Assembly (NCBI GenBank): GCA_013389025.1
Contig: JACAED010000049.1
Location: forward strand, 14,490-78,489
Length of the DNA: 64,000 nt
Source: Hydrogenophilaceae bacterium
Lineage (GTDB): Bacteria > Pseudomonadota > Gammaproteobacteria > Burkholderiales > Thiobacillaceae
Reading direction: 5' to 3'
Part shown: positions 19,204-28,847 of the stretch, one piece after another
Position numbering within the stretch: position 1 is the stretch's first letter
Layout: each line of letters opens with the position of its first letter
The notes under the pieces: generated by a model
Database searches by the model: none
Seen by the model: the letters and a program-made list of their open reading frames with translations, nothing else
Told to the model about the DNA's origin: nothing
Position numbers and translations under genes: made by a program

Positions 19204-22200
19204 ATGACCGTCTTCGCACCCCCCTCCTTCTTCCGCCGCAACTGGTTCAAGGGCCTGCTGGCCCTGTTGGCGGGGGGGCCTCTGTTGGTTCTTGCCGTTT
19301 CCTACTGGTGGCTGTTGCCCAACCTGCCGCGCTACAAGGACACGGTGGCCAGCGTGTTGTCGGCTGCCACGGGTTACACCATTACCCTTGAACGGATCGA
19401 TGGCGAGTGGGGCGGCGCGCGCCCGCGCATCGCGCTCGAGGGCGTGAGACTATACGAAGGCAACCGGCCGCTTCTTCATTTTTCTAGGCTGGAAGGCAGG
19501 TTTGGCTGGCGCAGCCTGCTGACGTTTGAACCGCGCTTTCACGACCTGTCGGTGGGGGCGCCAGCCATCGCAGTGCGCCGCAGCGAAAATGGCATGTTCC
19601 ATGTGGGCGGTCTCAAAATCGACCCGAATAGCAAGGACACTTCGTTTTCGGACTGGCTGCTCAAACAGGGTGAAGTAAAGATCGAAGGTGCAACCCTTGC
19701 CTGGATCGACGAAGTCAGCGGAAGCCCGCCTCTGGTGCTACGCAACGTTTCATTCAATTTGCAGAATCTTCTGCGACGCCATGTGTTCTCCTTCAAGGCA
19801 ACGCCACCGGGATATGTGGCAACGCCGGTCGTCATCGAGGGCATGCTGCTGGGCAGAAGTTTGTCCGCCATGCAGGAATGGCACGGCACCATGAACGCCG
19901 ATGTGGGGGCGATCAGCCTCGAAGCAATGCGTCCGTGGCTTCCATCGTCGTGGTCCGAAGCACGTGGCCACGGGAGCGTGGCGATCACCACGGAAATCGA
20001 CAAGGGACAGATGGTTTCACTGGAGGCGAAAATCAACCTGGCAAATCTCAATTTCAAACTTGATGCGCAGCTTCCGCCTCTAAGCCTTGAAAGGGCGACA
20101 GGCAAGTTCGGCTGGAAACAGGAATCGGGATCGCAGACGCTTTGGGGGCGCAGGGCCGTGCTGAAGCCGGCCGGTAAAGCCGCATCGGGACCATTCGATC
20201 TGGCGTTCAAATGGGGGGGTGATGAACGGTCGGTGGTTGTCAGCGATGTCCATCTGGATGCGCTGAATGGACTGTCTGGTTCGCTTCCGCTGGAACCATC
20301 ATGGGTTGAACGTTTGCAGGCCAGTCAGCCAAGAGGGCAGATTGAAGAGCTGGCCTTGAGGTGGCGCGGCCAGATCGCTTCGCCCAAGACTTTCTCGGTC
20401 CAGGCAAAGTTTACCGGCCTCGGCTGGGCGGCAGGCGGTCAGATCCCGGGCGTGAGCAATCTGAGCGGCACCTTGCGTGGCAATGAGGAAAAAGGGATCT
20501 ACACGCTGACCGGTGCCGGGACAGCGGTCGAGTTTCCAGCTATGTTCTCGGATCCGCGCCTGCAGTTCGATACGCTCAACATCCGTGGAGGCTGGAAAAA
20601 ACAGCGTCCCCGGGGCTATACCCTGGAGATTGCCGAAGCCGCGCTGTCCAACGCCGATTTTGCTGCCCACGTCTTTGGACGTTATCACTGGTTAGGCAAG
20701 GGACCCGGCGTGGCGGATCTGACAGGCCGGCTTGATCGTGCCGTGGGCGCCAGGATCGAGCGATATTTGCCGGTTTCGGTCAACGAGGACACGCATGCCT
20801 GGTTGCGCCAAAGCATCCTGCGGGGCGATGCGTTCGATTCTTCATTCCAGTTAAAGGGTGATTTATCCCGCTTCCCTTTTCGAAATCCACAATTGGGGAT
20901 ATTCCGCGTGTCCGGCAAAGTCAGAGGTGGGCAGATACGTTTTGCCGAAGACTATCCAGTCATCCATGACGTGGACGGGGAGCTGATTTTCGATGGCGTG
21001 CGCATGGAGATCCGCTCGGACAAGGCATCGATATTTGGTGCGCAGATCGACAGGGTGCGAGCAGTCATCCCCGATCTGGAAGCCAGCGAGGAATTGCTGA
21101 TTGTGGATGGTGAAGCGAGCGGGCCGGCGCAGGAATTCATCCGCTTCGTGAATTTCAGCCCGGTCACGGATCGCATCGGCGGACTGACCGAGGAAATGAG
21201 CGCGACCGGCAATCTGCATCTGCAGATGAACATCAAGGTGCCGCTCAGGCATAGCCGTGACACCACGCTTGCCGGCCGTCTGACTTTTGCCGGCAACACG
21301 GTTTTTCCTGGCCCGGACCTCCCCAGGTTGGAGCAGGTAAGCGGCAAACTTGAATTTACCGACAGTGATGTGACTTCGCCGCAGATGACCGCGAAAGTGC
21401 TGGGCGGTGATGCAAGTTTCTCGGCGGCGACTGAAAATGGCACGGTCAAGGTACGTGGACAGGGCCAGTTGAAAGCCACCGCGCTGGATACCTGGATGGG
21501 CAAGGAAATCGCGAGTCGCTTGTCGGGCCAGACAAACTGGAAAGGAGAGCTTACGCTAGGCCGGGACCAAACACGCATCAGGCTGGAATCCACCCTGACG
21601 GGTCTTGAATCCAGACTTCCCGCACCGATGAACAAATCAGCTTCCAGTGCAATACCGGTATTGCTGGAACACCAAAGTACCGGCAGGAATGAAGACTGGT
21701 TCAATCTGCAATATGGGCGATTGGCCTCTGCCGTCTGGACAAGGCAGCAGACACCTGCCGGACCCAGGCTGGTCCGGGGGGAACTGCGCTTTGGCGACAG
21801 GGCGAAATTGCCTGCGGATAGCGGTCTTCAGGTGAGCGGCTATGTCCGAACCTTTGATCTTGGGGGATGGGTGGAGTTGTTGCCGAAAGGCGGAGAGGGC
21901 GAAGATACGCATTTGTCGGGCATCAACCTCACCCTCTCCAGGCTGGATTTCCTCGGCCGTTCATTCCATGACATCGCTGTGAGCGGCAAGCTCAAGTCCA
22001 ACCTGTTGCGGGCGTCTGTCGATGGCCGGGAAATGGAAGGCAACCTGACCTACCGGCTGGCAAACGAATTACCCGCCCGGCTTTCCATGCAGTTTCGTCA
22101 CTTTACCCTGCCTGAAACTACTGAATTGCGAAGCGGCGAAGCTGTGGCAATCGAGCCCGAGAACATGCCGGCCATGGATGTCCAGGTGGACGAGCTGACC

Positions 22201-22995
22201 GTCGGGGACCGGCCACTGGGGCGCCTCGAGGCCTTTGCTCACGGCATTCCAAGGGGGTTGGCAATAGACCAGCTCAATCTGATCCACAAGGACAGCATCG
22301 TCAGCATGTCGGGCGAATGGAAAGATACCGGCAAGGGAGAAACCCGCATGAAGATGAATGCGGATATACGCAATGCCGGGCAGGCGCTTGACCGCTTCGG
22401 TTATGGCAATGTTCTCAGGCGCGGCACGGCACAGATTAAGGGCGAGGTGACCTGGCAGGGCTCGCCCGCCGACTTTGCCTTTGGCACGCTTGCCGGTGCA
22501 TTGCAAATGACGGCCAAGGGTGGCCAGTTTACCAAGGTGGAACCTGGAGCGGGCAAGCTGCTGGGGGTGTTGAGCCTGCAATCCATACCCAGACGGCTGA
22601 GTCTGGATTTTCGTGATGTGTTTTCCGAAGGGTTCGCATTCGACCAGATTTCCACTAACATGCAACTGGCCAAGGGAACCGTGTATACCAACGATTTCCT
22701 GATGAAAGGGCCCTCGGCGACAGTGAAAATGTCGGGCCTTGCAAAATTGCAGGAAGAATCGGTCAGGTTGAGGGTCAAGGTCATTCCCAAACTGTCAGAA
22801 GGTGTTGCAGTGGCTGGGGCACTGATTGGTGGACCGGTCGCGGGCCTTGGCGCACTGGTGATGCAGAAGGCCTTGAAAGACCCCATCGAGGAAGCCATAT
22901 CCTTTGAGTATCTGGTGGATGGAAGCTGGGATGATCCCACTGTCACCAAACTCGCAAAACCCAAACCCGAACAGGAACAAGAGCCTAATTCATGA
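19204..22995 (+). CDS. yhdP: YhdP / AsmA-like phospholipid transport protein
   Basis: 1263 aa, N-terminal TM, C-terminal LLGVLSLQSIPRRLSLDFRDVF.EGFAFD and Y.V.GSW.DP; yhdP-nit-tldD order. Confidence 0.93.
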   Translation: MTVFAPPSFFRRNWFKGLLALLAGGPLLVLAVSYWWLLPNLPRYKDTVASVLSAATGYTITLERIDGEWGGARPRIALEGVRLYEGNRPLLHFSRLEGRFGWRSLLTFEPRFHDLSVGAPAIAVRRSENGMFHVGGLKIDPNSKDTSFSDWLLKQGEVKIEGATLAWIDEVSGSPPLVLRNVSFNLQNLLRRHVFSFKATPPGYVATPVVIEGMLLGRSLSAMQEWHGTMNADVGAISLEAMRPWLPSSWSEARGHGSVAITTEIDKGQMVSLEAKINLANLNFKLDAQLPPLSLERATGKFGWKQESGSQTLWGRRAVLKPAGKAASGPFDLAFKWGGDERSVVVSDVHLDALNGLSGSLPLEPSWVERLQASQPRGQIEELALRWRGQIASPKTFSVQAKFTGLGWAAGGQIPGVSNLSGTLRGNEEKGIYTLTGAGTAVEFPAMFSDPRLQFDTLNIRGGWKKQRPRGYTLEIAEAALSNADFAAHVFGRYHWLGKGPGVADLTGRLDRAVGARIERYLPVSVNEDTHAWLRQSILRGDAFDSSFQLKGDLSRFPFRNPQLGIFRVSGKVRGGQIRFAEDYPVIHDVDGELIFDGVRMEIRSDKASIFGAQIDRVRAVIPDLEASEELLIVDGEASGPAQEFIRFVNFSPVTDRIGGLTEEMSATGNLHLQMNIKVPLRHSRDTTLAGRLTFAGNTVFPGPDLPRLEQVSGKLEFTDSDVTSPQMTAKVLGGDASFSAATENGTVKVRGQGQLKATALDTWMGKEIASRLSGQTNWKGELTLGRDQTRIRLESTLTGLESRLPAPMNKSASSAIPVLLEHQSTGRNEDWFNLQYGRLASAVWTRQQTPAGPRLVRGELRFGDRAKLPADSGLQVSGYVRTFDLGGWVELLPKGGEGEDTHLSGINLTLSRLDFLGRSFHDIAVSGKLKSNLLRASVDGREMEGNLTYRLANELPARLSMQFRHFTLPETTELRSGEAVAIEPENMPAMDVQVDELTVGDRPLGRLEAFAHGIPRGLAIDQLNLIHKDSIVSMSGEWKDTGKGETRMKMNADIRNAGQALDRFGYGNVLRRGTAQIKGEVTWQGSPADFAFGTLAGALQMTAKGGQFTKVEPGAGKLLGVLSLQSIPRRLSLDFRDVFSEGFAFDQISTNMQLAKGTVYTNDFLMKGPSATVKMSGLAKLQEESVRLRVKVIPKLSEGVAVAGALIGGPVAGLGALVMQKALKDPIEEAISFEYLVDGSWDDPTVTKLAKPKPEQEQEPNS

Positions 22996-23945
22996 CTGTC
23001 AGAAAAACATCCTCAATTGCCAAGACAAAAGGCTCCCGCGCCAAGGCGCCCGCCTCAAAGAAACAGATGACGCCTGCAGGCACCGTTCGGGTTGCCGCCA
23101 TCCAGATGGCATCCGGCCCAAGCGTGGCAGCCAATCTGGCCGAGGCCGAACGCCTGATCGAACAGGCAGTGGCCGACGGCGCGCAGCTGGTCGCGTTGCC
23201 GGAATATTTCGCCATCATGGGCTTGAAGGATACGGACAAGGTCAAGGTGCGCGAGCCGGAAGGCAAGGGCCCGATACAGAATTTCCTCTCGCGCGTAGCC
23301 AGAAAGCACCACATCTGGCTGGTGGGCGGATCGGTTCCGCTTGAATGCGACACCCCGGACAAGGTTCGAAACAGTTGTCTCGTCTATGACGACCGCGGCA
23401 AGCAGGTGGCGCGCTACGACAAGATTCACCTGTTCGGACTGGATCTGGGCAACGAGCATTACAAGGAAGAAAAAACCATCGAGCCCGGCAACGAGATTGT
23501 GGTGGTCAACAGCCCGTTCGGGCGTATCGGCCTTTCGATCTGCTACGACCTGCGTTTCCCGGAGCTGTATCGTTCGATGCCGGATGTCGATGTGATCGTG
23601 GTGCCGTCCGCGTTCACGGCCACCACCGGCAAGGCCCACTTCGAGACGCTGGTGCGGGCCCGTGCCATCGAGAATCTGGCTTATGTCATCGCGCCCGCGC
23701 AGGGCGGTTATCACCTGTCCGGCCGGGAGACCAACGGTGACACCATGATCGTCGACCCTTGGGGTGTGGTGCTCGACCGCCTGCCGCGCGGCTCCGGCGT
23801 GGTCATCGCCAATATCAACCCCGCCTATCAGGCCAGCCTGCGCAAGAGTCTGCCGGCACTCAAACACCGCAGCATCGGTTGCGATGAGGTCAGGGTGGAA
23901 CTTGTCGAGCGCCGGGCGCCAACACGCGGCGCCAGCAAGAAATAA
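22992..23945 (+). CDS. Carbon-nitrogen hydrolase (Nit1-like deaminated glutathione amidase)
   Basis: LPEYF, YDKIHLF and ICYDLRFPEL supply the catalytic E-K-C triad. Confidence 0.92.
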   Translation: MTVRKTSSIAKTKGSRAKAPASKKQMTPAGTVRVAAIQMASGPSVAANLAEAERLIEQAVADGAQLVALPEYFAIMGLKDTDKVKVREPEGKGPIQNFLSRVARKHHIWLVGGSVPLECDTPDKVRNSCLVYDDRGKQVARYDKIHLFGLDLGNEHYKEEKTIEPGNEIVVVNSPFGRIGLSICYDLRFPELYRSMPDVDVIVVPSAFTATTGKAHFETLVRARAIENLAYVIAPAQGGYHLSGRETNGDTMIVDPWGVVLDRLPRGSGVVIANINPAYQASLRKSLPALKHRSIGCDEVRVELVERRAPTRGASKK

Positions 23946-23954
23946 GGGAAAGCC

Positions 23955-25427
23955 ATGAATCCAGTCGAAGCCACTCTTTCCATCCAGTCGGCCGAAAAAC
24001 TGTTTGACGTGGCGCAAAGCACGCTGCTTGCGCCAAACGAGCTCGACAGCCAGCGTCTCGCACCGGTTTTCGGCAAACTGCTCACACATGATCTCGATTA
24101 TGCCGACCTGTATTTTCAGTACAGCCGTTCCGAATCGTGGACGCTGGAAGAAGGCCAGGTCAAATCCGGCAGCTTCAACATCGACCAGGGTGTGGGCGTG
24201 CGCGCCGTGTCGGGAGAGAAAACAGCCTTCGCCTATTCCGACGAAATCAGCTTCGATGCGCTTTCACAAGCGGCGGACGCCACGCGTGCCATCGCCCGTT
24301 CGGGTGGTGGCAAACAATATGCGGTGAGCGGACGTGGAAATGTCCATAGCCTTTATCAGCCACTTGATCCGCTCGCCAGCCTCGAAGACGCGAATAAAAT
24401 CCGGCTGCTGGAACGCATTGAGTCGATCGCGCGCAAGCTCGATCCTCGCGTCATCCAGGTCATCGCCAGCCTTGCCTCGGAATACGAAGTGATTTATGTC
24501 GCTCGATCGGATGGCCACACAGCGGCTGATGTGCGTCCCCTTGTGCGGCTTTCGCTGCAAGTCATTGCCGAGGAAAACGGCCGCCGCGAGCAGGGGTCTG
24601 GCGGCGGCGGCGGCCGTTTCGGCTATGAATATTTCACGGAACAGAAACTGGAGGAGTACGCGCGGCAGGCCGTGCATCAGGCCGTCATCAACCTGGCGGC
24701 AAAACCCGCACCGGCCGGCACCATGACCGTGGTGCTGGGCCCGGGCTGGCCGGGTATCCTGTTGCATGAAGCCGTCGGCCACGGCCTCGAAGGCGATTTC
24801 AACCGCAAGGGCAGCTCCGCGTTTTCCGGACGCATCGGCGAGCGCGTCGCCGCGCCCGGCGTGACCGTCATCGACGACGGCACGATGCCGCAACGCCGGG
24901 GCTCGCTCAATGTCGACGACGAAGGCAATCCCACCCGGCGCACCGTGCTGATCGAAAACGGCATCCTCACCGGATACATGCAGGACAGCCTCAACGCGCG
25001 ATTGATGGGCGTGCCCGTCACCGGCAACGGCCGCCGCGAATCCTTCGCCCATCTGCCCATGCCGCGCATGACCAACACCGTCATGCTGGGCGGCGATAAA
25101 GACCCGGCCGAGATTCTTGCCTCGGTCAGGAACGGCATCTACGCTGTGAATTTCGGCGGCGGCCAGGTCGACATCACCAGCGGCAAGTTTGTCTTCTCCA
25201 CCGCAGAGGCGTACATGATCGAAAACGGCAAGGTCACCTACCCTGTGAAAGGTGCCACCCTCATCGGCAACGGACCCGATGCGCTGACGCGAGTTTCCAT
25301 GATCGGCAACGACATGCAGCTTGATTCCGGCGTCGGCACCTGCGGCAAGGAAGGCCAGAGCGTACCGGTTGGCGTGGGACAGCCGACCCTGCGGATCGAT
25401 GGATTGACGGTGGGTGGTACGTGTTAG
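23955..25427 (+). CDS. tldD: Metalloprotease TldD
   Basis: [25 protein letters not shown] and [10 protein letters not shown]. Confidence 0.97.
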   Translation: MNPVEATLSIQSAEKLFDVAQSTLLAPNELDSQRLAPVFGKLLTHDLDYADLYFQYSRSESWTLEEGQVKSGSFNIDQGVGVRAVSGEKTAFAYSDEISFDALSQAADATRAIARSGGGKQYAVSGRGNVHSLYQPLDPLASLEDANKIRLLERIESIARKLDPRVIQVIASLASEYEVIYVARSDGHTAADVRPLVRLSLQVIAEENGRREQGSGGGGGRFGYEYFTEQKLEEYARQAVHQAVINLAAKPAPAGTMTVVLGPGWPGILLHEAVGHGLEGDFNRKGSSAFSGRIGERVAAPGVTVIDDGTMPQRRGSLNVDDEGNPTRRTVLIENGILTGYMQDSLNARLMGVPVTGNGRRESFAHLPMPRMTNTVMLGGDKDPAEILASVRNGIYAVNFGGGQVDITSGKFVFSTAEAYMIENGKVTYPVKGATLIGNGPDALTRVSMIGNDMQLDSGVGTCGKEGQSVPVGVGQPTLRIDGLTVGGTC

Positions 25428-25481
25428 CGAATTTGAACGGGGCTTGCCAGACGGTTTTCGCCGGCAAACCCGGCCAACCGC

Positions 25482-26870
25482 CTATTCAAACTCCATCGAC
25501 CTGAAAACTCTCCCCGCGTTGATCTTGGCGAGTTCTTCCGATGTATGCAGGTGCAGGTAGGCGGACTGGTCGATCTTGTAGGCATCGTCGAGCGAGCCGC
25601 CGTTCCTGATCAGATCGGCAATTTTTCCACGCAGGTAAACGAGATAGTCACGCGTCCATTTACGCACGGTGGGCATATCGGTCGGTCCGCCGTGGCCGGG
25701 GATGACGATTTTCGCGCCCAGGGCTTCGAACTTGTCCCACACTTCGATCCAGCGTTTGGTGTCGGTGTCTTCAAACACCGGCAGCATGCGTTCGTGAAAA
25801 GCGGTATCCCCTGAGATGACGAGCTTTTTCTCGGGCAGCCAGACCATGGTGTCGCCGTGGTGATGGGCGTTGCCCAAGTGCAATACCTGGATGTTCCATG
25901 AACCCATTTTCAGATCGAGCTTGTCATCGAAGACAATGTCCGGCAACACGACCTCGGTCTTGAAAGCCTTGTCTCGCTGGCGGGTTTTCATCCCGGCCAG
26001 GATTTCATATCCATTCTTCTCGATGTATTTCGCGGTATCGCGATGGGCGATGATCTTCGCACCCTGTTCCTTCCAGTAACTGGAACCGAGCATGGCATGG
26101 CCTTGGCCGTTTTCCAGCACAACGTATTTCACTGGCTGAGGGGTGTGCTTCTTGATCTCTTCGTGCAGCGATTGCGCCAGCAGGTAGTTGTCGCCCGCGT
26201 TCATGACCAGCACGCCCTCCTCGGTGATGATGAAGGACAGATTGTTGTTGTGGCCGGAGTTTTCATAGGTGCCTGGCGCGGTGGCACCGATGGCCGACCA
26301 CACACCGGGAATCACTTCCTGGGGCAGGTCGTAAAGGAATGAATGGGGCGCCTTGTCCAGTGCCAGTACCGGCAGGCCCGCCGCACGCCATTTGAAAAAA
26401 CCGTCCGAATAATTACGAACGTTGGTGTAGCCCAGCTTCATCAGCGTATCGGCGGCCAGTGGGCTGCGCTGGTTGACGCCGCAATACGTGACAATGGGCG
26501 TGTTCTTGTCGGGCACATAGGACTCGATCTGGAATTCCAGCCAGCCGCGCGTGATATTGAAAAATTGCGGCGCATCGATACGGCCGCCCAGTAAAGCGAG
26601 TTCGGCGGGCGTGCGCACGTCGATGACCACGGTTTCGGGATGATTCTTCAACTGTGCCTGCAATTCCGCGGTGTTGATGTTGATGATGCGCTTGTTGACG
26701 TCGTCCAGCAGACGTTTTGCAGTCTCGGTCAAAGCGGGCGGCTCGGGCAGGGTGAAAGCAGGCACCGGCGCCGTTTTCGTAGAGGCGTTTTTGTGCTCAG
26801 CCCATGCTGGCTGTACTGTCAGCCAAGCAAAAGGCAACATCAGGGCAAAGAAACGAGAGGTGACTGACAT
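25482..26870 (-). CDS. Exported rhodanese plus metallo-beta-lactamase-fold fusion protein
   Basis: Signal peptide; rhodanese domain (VIDVRT, RGWLEF, YCGVNQRS, DGFFKW); MBL-fold domain (ENGQGHAMLG, AHHHGD, SGD, PGHG). Confidence 0.85.
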   Translation of the reverse strand: MSVTSRFFALMLPFAWLTVQPAWAEHKNASTKTAPVPAFTLPEPPALTETAKRLLDDVNKRIININTAELQAQLKNHPETVVIDVRTPAELALLGGRIDAPQFFNITRGWLEFQIESYVPDKNTPIVTYCGVNQRSPLAADTLMKLGYTNVRNYSDGFFKWRAAGLPVLALDKAPHSFLYDLPQEVIPGVWSAIGATAPGTYENSGHNNNLSFIITEEGVLVMNAGDNYLLAQSLHEEIKKHTPQPVKYVVLENGQGHAMLGSSYWKEQGAKIIAHRDTAKYIEKNGYEILAGMKTRQRDKAFKTEVVLPDIVFDDKLDLKMGSWNIQVLHLGNAHHHGDTMVWLPEKKLVISGDTAFHERMLPVFEDTDTKRWIEVWDKFEALGAKIVIPGHGGPTDMPTVRKWTRDYLVYLRGKIADLIRNGGSLDDAYKIDQSAYLHLHTSEELAKINAGRVFRSMEFE

Positions 26871-26966
26871 CGCTAAACCCCAAAGATGAATTGATGCCAG
26901 TCTAGATTATCGAGAAAAGGGCCGCCACGGTAGAAATGTGCTGGACGGCCCTCTGTCAGGCTTGAT

Positions 26967-27602
26967 TCAGCCGATCATTTTCCTGAGCAACGCTTCGATG
27001 TCTGCGCCATCTTGCGCGATGCTGCCTTGCGGTGTGAGCTGATTGATAAGATCGGGCAGGATGTCGCTCAAGTCGTTTGCCGCCTCGTCCTCGCTCATAC
27101 CGGCGGCCTGCGCGAGCTGGCTCAGATGACCCGAGCCGCCCAGCACCCGGCGAATCTGGTCGGGGGAGATGGGCAGGTTGTCGCCCGAGCCGATCCAAGA
27201 GTCGATCTGCTCGCCCATGCCGGCGCGCTTGAATATGTCCTGCATGCCATTTAGGCCGCCCAATGCGCCTTCCAGGCTGTTGTCCGGCATGGCCCTGGAT
27301 TGTGCGCTACCCAGCATGCCACCCAGGATATCGCCAAGCCCGCCGCCGCTTGCCTGTCGGCTACCTCCCCCCAGCATGCCACCTAGAATGCTGCCCAGAT
27401 CACCACCGCCGCCGCCCTGCGGCTGACCGCTACCGAGCACGCTACCCAATATGCTGCCCAATCCGCCGCCCTGGCCAGCACTTGAGCCGCGGCTCATCAT
27501 CATCGACAGTAATGCCATGATCAGCGCGGTCTTTGGGTCGGCCGCACTGGATTGCATGCCACCCCGCAACACGCTGCCCAATACCGTATCCAGTAATCCC
27601 AT
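26967..27602 (-). CDS. YidB/DUF937-family Gly-rich protein
   Basis: GLGSILG repeats, then SWIGSGDNLPISPDQ...LPDLINQLTPQG. Confidence 0.87.
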   Translation of the reverse strand: MGLLDTVLGSVLRGGMQSSAADPKTALIMALLSMMMSRGSSAGQGGGLGSILGSVLGSGQPQGGGGGDLGSILGGMLGGGSRQASGGGLGDILGGMLGSAQSRAMPDNSLEGALGGLNGMQDIFKRAGMGEQIDSWIGSGDNLPISPDQIRRVLGGSGHLSQLAQAAGMSEDEAANDLSDILPDLINQLTPQGSIAQDGADIEALLRKMIG

Positions 27603-27795
27603 TTTTTCGCTCCTTATGATTTTGTGAATCGTCAATCTAATCCCGATTGGCTGGTTTGATCTGGGGTAAGCAGGAAATTTACGTTTTGCGAGCCAAAATC
27701 CCTCCGGCAATTCCGGGCTAGCCATCGGAACCATTACCTGACTATAATAGTCGGGTATTTAGCCGGGTGGCCGGCAATGAATCAGGAGTCGAACC

Positions 27796-28380
27796 ATGTC
27801 AGAGCAATTGATCGAATCCATACGTTCCGGTGAGGGCGGACGCGTGAGGACACTGCTTGAACAGGGCGCGGATGCCAATGCGCGCGATGCTTATGGCGCC
27901 ACGGCGCTGATGCTGGCCGCGCATGCGGGCAATCTCGAAATCGTCAATCTTTTGCTGGCTGCGGGTGCCGAAGTCGATGCGAGAGACGAGCTCGGCTGGA
28001 CTGCGCTGATCAAGGCCTGCTACAACGACGTCGAAGATCGAGGTTACCCCGAAGTCGTGGCGCGGCTGATCAAGGCAGGTGCGGATCCAAACATGAAAAT
28101 CGGCTACGGCATTCGCCCGCTGATGCTGGCAGCCGGCTATGGCGAAGCAGCCGTGTGCGAAGCGCTGCTGGCAGGTGGCGCAGATGTGTTGGCAAGGAAC
28201 GATGGCGGCCTGACGGCGCTGATGATGGTCAAGGATAAATTCTATGTCGAGGTCATCAACCTGCTGCATGCGGCCGAGCGCGATGCCGGCGTGGGCGAAG
28301 GAAGTTGCGCCACCAAGAATGCGCCGGGGTCGAATGTCATTACTTTTCTGAAGCCTCTCGCGCGCAATCCCGATCATTAA
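27796..28380 (+). CDS. Ankyrin repeat protein
   Basis: Repeated GADANARD..G.TALMLAA..G units; AGGAG RBS. Confidence 0.9.
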   Translation: MSEQLIESIRSGEGGRVRTLLEQGADANARDAYGATALMLAAHAGNLEIVNLLLAAGAEVDARDELGWTALIKACYNDVEDRGYPEVVARLIKAGADPNMKIGYGIRPLMLAAGYGEAAVCEALLAGGADVLARNDGGLTALMMVKDKFYVEVINLLHAAERDAGVGEGSCATKNAPGSNVITFLKPLARNPDH

Positions 28381-28422
28381 AAAAGCGGGTACCACTTTCA
28401 ACGACAACGGAGGAAAAACAAA

Positions 28423-28659
28423 ATGGACGATCCCGTCATCGCGCAAAAGGCGCCTTACGAAATGGAGCTTGAACCCGGTATCTATTACTGGTGTGCCTGC
28501 GGGCGCTCGCAAAATCAGCCATTTTGCGATGGCTCGCACGAGGGGACGGGCTTCGAGCCAAGAGAGTTTGTGATCAACGAGAAACAGACGGTTTATCTTT
28601 GCGGCTGCAAATGGACCTCAGACCCTCCGTTTTGCGACGGCGCGCACGAAAGCTTATAG
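28423..28659 (+). CDS. Tandem CDGSH iron-sulfur domain protein (MiNT-like)
   Basis: WCACGRSQNQPFCDGSH and LCGCKWTSDPPFCDGAH. Confidence 0.93.
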   Translation: MDDPVIAQKAPYEMELEPGIYYWCACGRSQNQPFCDGSHEGTGFEPREFVINEKQTVYLCGCKWTSDPPFCDGAHESL

Positions 28660-28711
28660 CTATCATGTTCATAGCTTGTCGGGTAGATAAGCCTCTGATA
28701 GCATTTGCGCC

Positions 28712-28780
28712 ATGATTAATGTGTTTGGAAGCTTTTTTTATTTCTTTTTTCCCCCGCTGATGGCGGCCGGGAGGGAATGA
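28712..28780 (+). CDS. Phe/Tyr-rich attenuator leader peptide (MINVFGSFFYFFFPPLMAAGRE)
   Basis: Manual translation gives 22 codons with 6 Phe and 1 Tyr; it precedes a terminator and the DAHP synthase gene. Confidence 0.82.
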   Translation: MINVFGSFFYFFFPPLMAAGRE

Positions 28781-28802
28781 CACACGCTTCGCAAACATCC
28801 CG

Positions 28803-28834
28803 AAAGACCGCCGATTCAGGCGGTCTTTTGTTTT
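28803..28834 (+). terminator. Attenuator terminator hairpin
   Basis: AAAGACCGCC-GATTCA-GGCGGTCTTT followed by TGTTTT, just before the DAHP synthase RBS. Confidence 0.85.
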
Positions 28835-28847
28835 CAAGGAACTGAAG

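Noticed and set aside
26891-26904. TTGATGCCAGTCTA as an FNR-like site
   Set aside because: The second half-site has two mismatches; too weak to call.
27270-27480. Gly-rich GLGSILGG repeats
   Set aside because: A normal feature of YidB/DUF937 proteins; not a DNA repeat array or CRISPR.
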